DNA of 63,486 nt, filler included, from Nemertoderma westbladi (lineage: Eukaryota; Animalia; Xenacoelomorpha): the NCBI GenBank assembly GCA_032718475.1. It is 3 parts of 3 records of this genome, joined end to end, with 100 filler letters (N's around TTAATTAATTAA, not from the genome) between each part and the next. Parts side by side here need not be neighbours in the genome. Positions count along the whole stretch, not along the records: positions 19,074 to 47,943 come from JAUCBJ010003394.1; 2 more parts are not named here. One strand, 5' to 3'. Shown one piece after another: positions 25,501 to 36,438 of the stretch (position 1 is the first letter of the stretch; every line of letters begins with the position of its first letter). The translations under genes were made by a program, and so were the position numbers. Below the pieces are notes generated by a model that saw nothing but the letters and a program-made list of their open reading frames with translations, was not told the origin of the DNA and searched no databases.

Positions 25501-28500
25501 GAAGATGTGGACCTACGATGCCCACCGTTGGACGTCAATAGAATTACGCTATTAATCGGACTCGATACACCAGAACTACATACACCGACTGGAGATATTG
25601 CCCGATCTGTAAAGCCGGACGACAGTTTCTACGTGGAGCGCACCATTATGGGATGGACACTCTGCAGCATTAAGGAAGAAACTACCGACACATATACATA
25701 CCTCCCAAAATGTCAGATCGAAGGAAACGCAACATCCGTGGGTTACTGTTCAGCAACCGACATGGATGAGGATATATTCCTAGAAACAAAAAAAACCAAT
25801 AAGAAATGACAAAATATTTCAACTTAGAAACTCAAGAATTCGCCGAGAAGGACGAAAACCCATCAGAGGAAGACCAATACTGTATGGATGTTCTCGATCA
25901 GGCAATATTTGAGGACGGATATTGGTGCTCACCAATGCTTTGGAAGGATCCGGATAGACCGATGGCTAATAATACCAGCATGGACCTAAGGAGGCTAAAA
26001 GGTATTTTACACCGGTTGAACGAGCTACCCGAGATAAAAGAAAAATATAATAATGTAATTAAGGGTAATTTGGAAGATGGATTAGCGGAAATGGTTCCCC
26101 CAAACGAACTGCAGGGGACTAAGCGAACGTATTATCTTCCAACCCACTATGTGGTGGAAGCCCGGAAGGGCGGCAAGATCCAGGTAGTAAATGACGCTGC
26201 GGCTACGTACCAGGGCGAGTCACTAAACAGCCAACTATACACTGGGCCTAACATCTACAGCATGCTAATCGGCGTATTGATCAGGTTCCGAGAGAATAAA
26301 ATAGAATAAAATAAAATATGACATCAAAGCGATATTCCACCAAGTTCGAACGCTACCAAGAGACTCCGATTACCTACGTATTTTGTGGACAGGTAAAGCA
26401 TTGACTCCACAAGGAATAAACCAACTCACCTTGGAGGATGTGGATGTAATGCGCATGATTGTTAGAATCTTCGGTGCCAAGGATTTACCGGTTGCATGTA
26501 GCGACATGTTAAAGAAAATGGCGACTATGTATGAAGATGAATTCCCTCCGACAGTCATAGAGACCATCCGAAGATGCTTTTACGTAGACGACGGATGCAC
26601 TGGCGCCGAGAATGTCGACGAGGCATATCAGCTGGCTATGGGAATGGTAGAGTGTTTAAAGAGAGGAGGTTTCCCTCTCGTGAAGTTTAGATCCCACGAT
26701 AAGGAGCTTATGGAAACGTTCCCTGAAGAAATTAGATTAGATGACAACAAAATGTATTCCGAGGGTGTAGACCACCGCGTACTCGGCATCGAATGGGACA
26801 TAGAACTGGATCAGTTCATTTTCAAACATAATCCCCTGCCCAAACCAATGACAAAGAGGAGATATTTATCCGTAAAAAGTGCCATATTCGATCCATTAAA
26901 CTTCATATCCCCGGTAACATTGGCCGGAATGAACTTGATCAAAGAAATGTGGATTGAAGGATTGGGATGGGACGAAGAACTCCCCCCACAACTTAGCGCC
27001 AAATGGAAAAAGTGGACGGAGCAACTCGAACAGCTACGCCTTATGCGGATTCCTCGACCGTTCTTCCTTGACAAGCTACCTACCGATATATTCCAGCTCC
27101 ATACTTTCTCGGATGCCTCGAATACCGGAATCAGTATGGTTACATTTCTAAGGAGATTAAGTCAAGATGGAAACGGTGATACTAGTTTCTTATTCTCCAA
27201 AGCAAAGACGGTATCCGGGGAATTTTTGGCGACCATCCCGAGACTTGAGCTGCAGGCCGCAGTCTGGGCCGTGAGGCAAAACCGCATGATCATGCGGAAC
27301 CTAAGAATCCCCATTGAATCACAGCATTTCTGGGTTGATTCGAGCATCGTGCTTTACTACCTCCATTCACTATCACGGCGACACACCACGTTCGTGGCAA
27401 ACCGAGCCACGGAAATAAAACAATGTACCAACCGAGAACAGTGGAACCATGTAAATGGAAAAGAAAACCCAGCGGACTTATCGAGCAGAGGCGCCACCCC
27501 ACGACAGTTCGGTAAGAGTAAACTTGGGCTTACGGGCCCGGGGTTCTTAAAGCAACCACAACTAACCTGGAGTACCCGGTTTGATCCTGAACTAGATAGC
27601 GGGAAATATTCGGAAGATGACAAGGAGATTCGCAAAGTCCATGGAAGCGCCACTGTGGAAATTTATAGTTGCCTGACTGAGCCTGCAAGGGACTCGGGCA
27701 GGCACTATAACGTTGCGACCACCGCGCAACCAGCCGCATCCTTACAACTACTAATAGAGCGAACCTCCTCGATGAGACGCCTTATCCACCACGTTATGAC
27801 CCTTCGTAACTTCCTGCGGTGGAAGGCTTCAAACCGATAGTTCGACAAAGTATACAAGAACTCATTATTGCAGAGAAATGTATCGTGAGATACGTTCAGA
27901 AAGAAAGTTTCCCCGATGAATGGGAACAGCTCAACGCGGGCAAGATGTTGAAAGCCGACAGCCCAGTCTACCAGTTGAGACCCATGATGGGGGAAGACGG
28001 ATTGATCCGCCTTAATACCCAGATGGCGAACGCCCCGGTTGAATATGAAATCAAATACCCGGCACTTCTGCCAGGAACGTCCACACTAGCTAAGCTGTTA
28101 ATCCAGCAGTGTCACGCGGAAAACCATCACGTGGGCCAAAATTGGATCATGGCCAACATCCGGCAATGATACTGGATCACCCACATCCAGCCACTAATCC
28201 GGAAAGTATTGAAACGATGTTTCCCTTGCAGGCGATACCTAGCACCACCGCTCACTCAAAGAATGGCCAACCTGCCGGCCACACGGCTACAATCCGATTC
28301 ACCGCCATTCTACGTAACCGGCGTAGATTGTTTCGAACCGTTTACAGTTATCGAGCGACGATCAAACATCAAATGCTGGGGAGCTATCTTCACGTGCCTC
28401 AGGTCAAGGGTGATTTATCTAGACCTCGTAGTAAACCTCACGCAGCACGCTTTCATCAACTCCCTGCGTCGGTTCGTGGCGAACAACGGGTCATGCCGGC

Positions 28501-29285
28501 ATATGTACTCAGACAATGGAACGAACTTCGTGGGAGGAGAAAGGGAACTCAGAGAGGCTATTGAGGGATGGTTGACCGACGAAACTGCATCCCAAGTCTG
28601 GAAGGAACACCACATACAATGGCACTTCCAGACGCCCTAATCACCCCATACAAGCGGGGTATGGGAGAAACTCATCGACTTGGTGAAACGATCCATGTGG
28701 ATCGCGTTGGAAGATACCCGGGTCACTCACGACACACTTCGCACTACATTCTGCGAAATAACGGCCACCCTAAACAACCGGCCTATCGTCCCCATCCACG
28801 ATGACCCAACAGATTTAGAACCCCTTACGCCCAACCATCTCCTCGGAAGACCCAAGACCAACATTCTTCCAGAGGCAATGTTCCCAGATCCCAATGATGT
28901 TGCAAGACACACCAATTGGAAAAAGGCCCAAGCGCTAGCAGCGCATTGGTTGAGAATTTGGGCCCAAGAATACCTCATAACCCTCCGGACCAGGAGGAAG
29001 TGGAATAACACATACCGGAATGTCGCAGTTGGCGACATGGTACTTGTCAAGGAAGACCTTAAAGACCGCGTCCACTGGCCTGTGGCGTGAGTCATGGAGA
29101 TAACCCCAAGCAAGGATGGACTTGCGAGGACAGTGATGATACTGATGGCAAAGGGCAACTACCAACACCATATCCAGAGGCTTTGCCTTCTCGAAGGCAA
29201 TGACAGTGGTGACTCCACGAGAGGTGATAAGTTCCCTACTCCGGATCCTGCTGCGGACATTGGTGACAATGATAAACCCGTTTAA
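22532..29285 (+). pseudogene. BEL/Pao gag-pol polyprotein, disrupted by stops and frameshifts
   Basis: Coiled-coil gag; DUF1759-like HTFEGDPVDYLGF...QKLVYLSQYL; CCHC knuckles (CFRCLGTGH); protease AFLDNGSDGT; RT CFYVDDG; Pao RNase H LHTFSDAS...TIPRLELQAA...ENPADLSSRG; integrase H-H-C-C, TGVDCF, YSDNGTNFVG, EPLTPNHLLG. Confidence 0.93.
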
Positions 29286-30290
29286 ACCCTTCTCATCCTG
29301 TTGACAAACTCTAAAAATGTGATTTACCGACAATGATTATGGACCCCCTTTAAACCAACTATAACCACGCATGGTATTTGTGTTTCCTAGTGTGTTATGC
29401 GGAGTCCAGCATCACCCTGCAGATGTTTCGACTGATGCAGAGGATTTATGTTTCTCAGCCGCGTTATTCTGGTGGGACCGTTACATGGATTTTGGGGCGT
29501 AGGCAGTGTAACGAGTCCAGCTATAGATCACAGAATGTTGCGTAACCCCATCCCACATGACTTCGTCGGCTGAGCTTTATGTTGCTGGGAGTGTTATTCT
29601 GGTGGGTCCCTGGTGCATTCTACGTGACTTCACTTCCAGTGTCTTCATTGTCCGTTACGTGTGCAGTTTGGGGCATAGGCGGTGTAATGAGTCCAGCTGT
29701 AGATCCCAGACTGCCGCGTAACACCCCCTCTACAACGAAAATTTCCCAAAGAAGATGGTTGAATATAGTTCAAAAATGATGAATAGAAACAGATAACCCT
29801 ACTATAAACTGAATGATGACGCGTATGATAATGAAATTGAGATGATGCGCACCCTGGTGTTTGTGCTTATAGCAATGATGATAGCCGGGGGGCTATAACC
29901 CCAATGAACTGGTGTAATAAATGGTGTAATAAATGATGAAATGTATAAAAAATGATGTACTGGTGAAATAAATGATGAAATGTGGAAAGAAATAATGAAA
30001 TGTGAAATGAATAATGAAATGAGAAAAGACAAAAAAAGGTATAAAATGTAGAATGGAAAAGAATCTAAAAAAGAAGCGGACATAAAAAGTCAAAAAACTG
30101 GTTAGATAATAATGTATAGCTATAGTAACTGTATATACTGAATGTAGTAGCAATAAGATGGTAGATGTCTATATAGCAATAATAATAAACTGAATTACAA
30201 ATAACTGAATTATTCTGCAGAAGCTATAGAATCAGACTTTCTGGATTTATAACTAACTGATTTAAATTTGTAACGGACATAATTTACAAT

Positions 30291-32750
30291 ATGGACTCGA
30301 ATCGCCAGATTATTGGCGAATTACGTAACACGCTCGATTTATTGGACTATCCACAGCCTGGATCTCCTAATTTTGATACGAAATGGAACGCCCTGTTAAA
30401 AGAGAATGTGCAAGTCGTTAAATTCTACGGGCGGGGGGGACCGGATTCCCGTAACCTACAAGCGCTCTGATTGACCGATGCTAATACGAGCCTGAAAAGG
30501 ATTCGGAATGCTGAGGCAACCAGAGGGGAGGAGTTGTCATTCTGGGATAAGTTCCGGCGAAGCGTCTACAAATCCCTGTGCTTGATATACGACAACGAGG
30601 TCAACGCGACGCCTACTTCGAAGGCGATTACGATGGCGCGATGTCAAAGCTTCGTCGACGACAAGAGTACATACCTCGCCCACTGGGTAAACCTAGCGGA
30701 ATGTACAGCGACGCTACGAGAGGAACGTATATCAGTCATCCAAAACCGCGACGACTATCAGGAGAAATATGAGACGAAGGAATACGGTCGATCACTAGTC
30801 GTCATCCTCGCAACCCTAGACGGATTAGTGTTGATATGTCGAATCTTCCCGACACCCCAACAAGAGGTGCGGAAAGCCGGAGCGGTCTGGCTACTACCAC
30901 CAGAAATCCAACAGATCCTATTCAACTTCGATATTATTAAGATTGGGTCGGATATAAAGGCAGATATCCGGAATGACTACGCTAACGCTCCTTACGGAAG
31001 GAACCGTCGAGAAGACCTTAACTCTATTAGCCACTTCGTCGACACCCAAACCCTGTTAGCCTGGTTGCGGTCCACGGAATTCATGGGCGGATTTAGAAAA
31101 GTGAGACAGACGAAATCCGGTATCGGCTACCTCACGGTGTTAAACGGCGGTTTGGACTTTAAAACGCAGAAGTTTCCAGACTATAACAAGATATATGGTG
31201 CATATCCGGACGTAGCGATAAAGAACGAGCGGGACAATCTTTGGAGGGACGTAGAGAGAAAGTGGACGATCCACCACAAATAGGAGGATCCGGATCGAAG
31301 GAACTTTATCTTCAATTCAAGGCGGTAGAGAATATCCCACCAGGAGATACCAAAACGCACAACGTTATCGCATCGTGGGATAATAACGGACCTTTCGATA
31401 TCCCAATGATTGCCGATCTCCTTGGCGCAGAGGAACCCTTGATGTCGTTGGAAGGGGAGGAATTATGGAAACAAGAAGGCGTCTTGCTATCCACCCCAAA
31501 ACGACTACTCGAACCAGAAGTCGCTTACGGACCAGCTGCCAAGCGGATCGCCGTGGTTGAACCTGCGACGGAAGCAGGCGTAACCACCCCGCTTGGCTCT
31601 GGTAGTCCCGCTAGAGAGTTAGTCACCACCTTCGCACTTTGCGACTTCGGCCTGCCAGAGGCTGTCTCCATATCCGTTCCCGGGAGGAGAAGATTGGTCT
31701 TCGGAAATCCCAAGTACCAGTACACAGCGGACCCGCTCAGCTATCCAGGTTGCGAAGGGTCCTAGTATAGCTCCTACCCCTGGAGACCTTCTCGGGATTC
31801 CTTCAGCGAATGCCCTGGCACCCCTTCGCCGACCGGCTGTGGCGACGGCACCCTCCATTCCAAAAGATCCTATGAGACACACTCGGTGGTACGCCGAACA
31901 AACAGAGTGGATCCACCGTCAGAAACGGGCACCCGGGATGCGACCAGCGGGCTACAAAGAAGGATACCGTAGCGAGATCATACTCCGCAAAAGCGCAGCG
32001 TTCCGTGGGCTCCCGGTTACTACGATTATCCCAAAAAGTGATAGACGACTGGTGTACTACACCGGCGTACCGATCCCGATCTTTTTCGGCCGGGAAATGC
32101 AACTTGACGTTTGTGGAAACTGCGGTTCGGATCAATGTCCATGTGGAAAGAAACATCGGGTTACCGATTCGTGTCTCCAGATCCTTGGGATACTCTATTG
32201 TCCCTATTGCGCTATATCGGGCCACGACATAGCGGTATGTCCAACACTCTACAACCTCTGTACAAAGTGTGGTTTCCGTGGGCATTCCGCGAGCCCCCGA
32301 TGTAACATTAAGTGTCCCACTAAAGACGCGACGGCCATTGGGAATATGGTTATGTTCGAAACATACGCCAATAACCACGTAAAAACCAAAGTGTGTGTAA
32401 GTGCTCGAAATGTCGCACAAGAGATGGCATGCGGATATTTCTCGTTCCCAGAACGCCTCCATACGACAACGACCTTGCCTTTCCATAATGTGGATTTAGT
32501 ACTGAGCGCTGGTTTATTTGGTCCCTTCGAAATAATCAGACATCTATACTCGTACAAAGAAGCGTTTGGTGATGGAGAGTGGATTAAAGAGGCCCGCAAC
32601 ACCGAGTTGGAGAGACGTACGGATATGAGGGCTGCCACGAGACAAGCTGCAGCGATGCTCGCGATGGACGACGATGCCCCCCTACCTGCACTGGCGATCG
32701 ATGAGAGTAGACGGGCGAAGAAAAGGAAAGCGTATCAGAGTAGGAAATAG
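30291..32750 (+). pseudogene. Extra ORF3 of BEL/Pao element: putative DnaQ/DEDDy 3'-5' exonuclease domain, low-complexity linker and CCHC zinc knuckles
   Basis: ATG at 30291 is in frame with ORF 30471-31283 across one TGA. Motifs LIYDNE (ExoI-like), ILATLDGLVLI, LPPEIQQILFNFDIIKIGSDIKAD (ExoII-like), FVDTQ and GIGYL. The C-terminal part (31839-32750, same frame) has CPYCAISGHDIAVC and CTKCGFRGHSASPRC and a basic RRAKKRK tail. Confidence 0.7.
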
Positions 32751-32928
32751 AAGACCAGGATATTCTATGGACATTTATATTGAACATTTATTTTTATATC
32801 TACGTAAACTAACTCTAGGACAAATTAATCAGGACTATGCAATAGTAAAAATTGGGTTTTTTATATGGTGAAATGACCTACGCAAACTCGATCTACCGAT
32901 AGACCTCACGTAGGTCATTGGGGGGGAC

Positions 32929-33398
32929 TGATCGCGGTATTTCAGTTTTTCATAACGCGAGTTAAATATTTTTCGGATTTATTTATTATGAATATTCCAA
33001 TATCAGTACTGGGTGCGGGAACATGGAATTTGGGTATATTCAATGGACTGGGGGCGATTTACGGGCGAATATTGGGGCGACTTACGGGGCACGGGACTCA
33101 TATCAGATATTTAAGGGCCAAGGGTGGGAGGAATTTGTATATTCGTGTATTATTGTGAATATTTGGTATATTGGTGTGGGGAAGCCCAAATTATTCTCAA
33201 TCAAGGTTCAATCAGAGTTTAAGTTACATTAAAGATTATATCCAACCAATGCGATTTTTTTCTCTACTGCAATCTTGCATCTCAGATAAAACTCCTTCTC
33301 CACTCCCAATATCCGGTGACTGGCCGGAATCAAGTGGTCTGAAAATTCCGCCACCGGCATCGGCGTTTTCCACCCTGGTGTTGGGAATAACGGCAACA
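32929..33398 (+). repeat. 3' LTR of BEL/Pao element
   Basis: TGATCGCGG...GGCAACA, preceded by a G-run (PPT) at ~32920-32926. Confidence 0.93.
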
Positions 33399-33648
33399 AC
33401 CGGAGGTGTACAGGATATATAAGGGAAGGTTACCTGTAGTTACCTGTGCAATACTCTATTTCTATGAGATAGGATGGTTGTGACATCTGGAAGGCATATG
33501 GTGGGAGAAATATATGGTGGCTCTGGGCGTTTACAGTCATGCCAGTGGAAATGTGCCAGTGCCTTGGTATTGGTCAAACAAAGCAGTACTCATGGTAAGT
33601 GGCCTTTGGCCAGAAATTTTTATTTTTTTTGCCACAAGTGGACATGTC

Positions 33649-33860
33649 CTAAACATGTAGTAACACCATCTGCAGTGTATCCAGACTTACAACTACAATT
33701 AAATCCACCATCAGTATTGGAACAGTCAGCATTAATGTGGCAGTTATCAACATTTGCTGGCGGTGGTTTGTGAATTTGCGATTTATTTGCAATATAATGG
33801 TAATATTATTAAAATTAAAAAAAAGTTATCAACATTTAATTAATGAACATTCATCATTAT
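33649..33860 (-). pseudogene. Disrupted calcium-binding EGF exon (pseudoexon)
   Basis: [33 protein letters not shown] is interrupted by an insertion with a 14-bp duplication. The donor site reads GA instead of GT. Confidence 0.75.
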
Positions 33861-33973
33861 CTTTAAATTATTTTAAATGCATTTTTTAAGTAAATATAAT
33901 CATAGTTTTAAAACAAATAAAATGTTTTCAGCTATTAACAAATTTTCTTTATAATTGCATATAAATTTATTAC

Positions 33974-34099
33974 CTAAACATATAGCGACACCATCTCCTG
34001 TATATCCAGACACGCAACTACAACTAAATCCACCGTCAGTATTGGAACAGTCAGCATTAATGTGGCAGTTGTCTATGTTTAATGTACATTCATCATTAT
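33974..34099 (-). CDS. Calcium-binding EGF-like domain exon (126 bp, phase 1-1) of a multi-EGF extracellular protein
   Basis: AG/GT bounded; translates as [42 protein letters not shown]. Confidence 0.85.
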
Positions 34100-34162
34100 C
34101 TGTAAAATAATTTCATATATACATTTTTAAGGGAATAAATATACATACAAGTATACATACAG

Positions 34163-34237
34163 GGCCAAGACTAGCTCAGTTGATTGAGCATTGAGCTTAC
34201 AATCTAATAGTTGTAAGTTTTAGCCCCACCAGGGTCC
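34163..34237 (+). pseudogene. Degenerate tRNA-like sequence (tRNA pseudogene or SINE head); second copy at ~47333-47405
   Basis: A-box-like TAGCTCAGTTGATTGAGC and tRNA-sized spacing, but the B box and T arm are degenerate. Confidence 0.4.
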
Positions 34238-34252
34238 ACCATCATTTAATCC

Positions 34253-34532
34253 TAGGTTCCATCTTGGTGTAGTGGTTGCATTGAATTCACATCTCCCATA
34301 GGTCGTGGGTTCGATCCTCACATGGGCCAGTGCAGTTTTCGTTTCAGCACGAATTCTTTAAAGGGACCAGCCAGGGCGCATCTCTGCCTTGCATACTTGA
34401 CTGGTAGCTAAATGAGTACTGGAATTTCCTCTGGGGAGTAAAGTTCTGGGGGACTGCACTGGAAATAAAGTCGTCGACTTTGTGCGTAATCCCTGGCCTA
34501 GTAGCTGAAGAAAATTCACTTTTACTTTTTTA
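34253..34532 (+). mobile_element. tRNA-derived SINE
   Basis: A box TGGTGTAGTGG, B box GGTTCGATCC, central AAATGAGTAC...GGGGAGTAAAG segment and (CTTTTA)-like tail. Absent from the paralogous site at ~47420. Confidence 0.7.
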
Positions 34533-34559
34533 CACTGGGTTTAATAAAATGGGGATAAA

Positions 34560-35140
34560 ATGAAAATAATAAAACGCCATCTACTCCACTCACATGATAG
34601 GACTTGTTTGATGGGCTTTACAGCAGTCTGGAATTTAGCAAAGGAGATATCACCAATGGGGATATCTGTACGATGTACCACAAAATTATCGGTCAATATC
34701 CCTATCATTTTTAGGACCTTCACAAAGTGGACCATCCACTATTGAGGCATTCAGCTGAAGATTCAGCCTAAACCTTGGTGGTTGGTTGGCTTTTCCTCCC
34801 ATTGATAAGTTGTATTGATTGACATGCCTGGATTGAATCCCTGTCGTCATCACTTTTACTTATAGCATCAACCTGCTTATGGATAAACTCTTCAGATTCA
34901 GAGTATTGCCTATTAAGGGACATAGATGCAGCTTTAACTGCATTCTTGGCTGTCCTAGTGTGCCCAAATCAGCAACAGCCCTCAGGACTCATTGTACACC
35001 TAAGAGAGGTTATTTTGGCACTTCCAAATTGTGTAGTCAGTTTCAAGGGTGTACTGGAACTGTTTCTGCAGCTGAAAGATAACTGTCTCTGTGAAAGCAA
35101 TATATCCCTCGAAGTGATCTGCCACCTCAGATGCACGAAC
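34560..35140 (-). mobile_element. Old RTE-like LINE fragment (same family as 1-2400)
   Basis: Similar to positions ~1-250 and ~550-850 of the first element, but colinear with no inversion. Confidence 0.7.
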
Positions 35141-35258
35141 CACATAACTTTTATAATTGTATATGTCAAGGCTTTTACGGGAGGCTAACCCACGGATGCT
35201 GCTACGAGTCTGTCTGTAACTCTTATGAGTGTTATCAAGTGCCTTGGGGTACCTGGTG

Positions 35259-35853
35259 CACAGCAGGAACACTGAATGTACAATCAATCACTGTAAGTAT
35301 ATAGCTTTGGTGCTTATAAACTGCTTCAAGGGAGGAAAGTGACAGTTACGTGTAATCCATATAGTGTTGTTGGCGAGTAAATGTACATGTGACTTACATA
35401 TATTACAGGTAGGACACTTTGTTGGACTTAGTGCGTGGTAAGAGCACAGTTCACTCGTGCTGCATGCATAGTGTTAATAGATGATGGTTACTAGTTGGGG
35501 AATAATATTGCAGTACCATGGATGCACACACTCGCACTAAAATGAACCGAATATATTACAGACAGGGCGCAGTCAACACTAACCATGTGGAAATCGAGTT
35601 GGTTTGATCTCTGGTCTTGTATATTTATCAACAATAGTAAAGCAATAATAGTAAATAATGTAATACAGCAAGTCACAATGCATGCAGCAAGGTGAAATAT
35701 CAGGAGTCCTGCAAGTAACATGACTCGCAACAGGCTTAATATGATGTTAGGTTATACAACATGAGTTAGGTATAAATATCATATGCACAGAAATTGAATG
35801 ATTCTCTGATAAAAATATAAGATTTCGATATACAGTTAGCATGTGCAGCAAAA
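35259..35853. repeat. ~590-bp dispersed direct repeat (copy 1; copy 2 at 43995-44811)
   Basis: Long stretches of near identity (CACAGCAGGAACACT...TGTGCAGCAAAA). Confidence 0.9.
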
Positions 35854-36438
35854 CCGTTCCTTAAAATTACGTACAAGTTCAACAATCATTCTATGAGTAA
35901 CACAATATTGAGTTTTTTCGGAAATTTGCATTGAAAAGGGTATATACAATCTTTCAACAATCAAAGGTGACGTCGATATCAAATACGATCAAATATAGAT
36001 GCGATAAACAATCTAACTAAAATTAAACGAAATTAATTAAGGGTAGATCAACTTCCTCATATAAAGTAATAAAGTTTGTTGAGTCACTTCCAGTAAGACT
36101 AAATAAGTATTAAACGACCTTTCAAACAACATTAGAGTTTAATATATTTACAAATATGATAGGTAGGTAAATTAATCGATGTAAGTAGGTAAATATTGAG
36201 TCATATTATCCTTCAAATATAAAATACATAAATTCGACTAATATTTCGAATTTCACTCTTATAATAAGAAATACATTTTGCTCGTTATTTACAAATATGA
36301 TAGTTTAATAACATACTTAATGGTTGATGAACGAGTACAGTGATTTTATAAAGATTGGCAGGCTAACTGGTAGTAATCTTATATCATCGCTTCCGCTTGG
36401 TATGCATTAGGTGTACTTTGCATAAATAATCGTTTCCT

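Larger units (their letters stand above)
21654..33398 (+). mobile_element. Near full-length BEL/Pao LTR retrotransposon (~11.7 kb) with an extra 3' ORF
   Basis: Two ~470-bp LTRs (TG...CA), a G-rich polypurine tract before the 3' LTR, and gag-PR-RT-RH-IN order typical of BEL/Pao. Confidence 0.95.

Noticed and set aside
29802-30153. Hydrophobic F/I/H/S-rich minus-strand ORFs
   Set aside because: Antisense reading of an A-rich low-complexity spacer.
30291-32750. ORF3 as an envelope (env) gene
   Set aside because: No signal peptide, transmembrane segment or fusion-protein Cys pattern is visible; motifs fit a nuclease plus zinc knuckles.
34163-34237. Functional tRNA gene
   Set aside because: T arm and B box are degenerate (GTAAGTTTTAGCCC) and stems pair poorly; it is duplicated passively with the intron.
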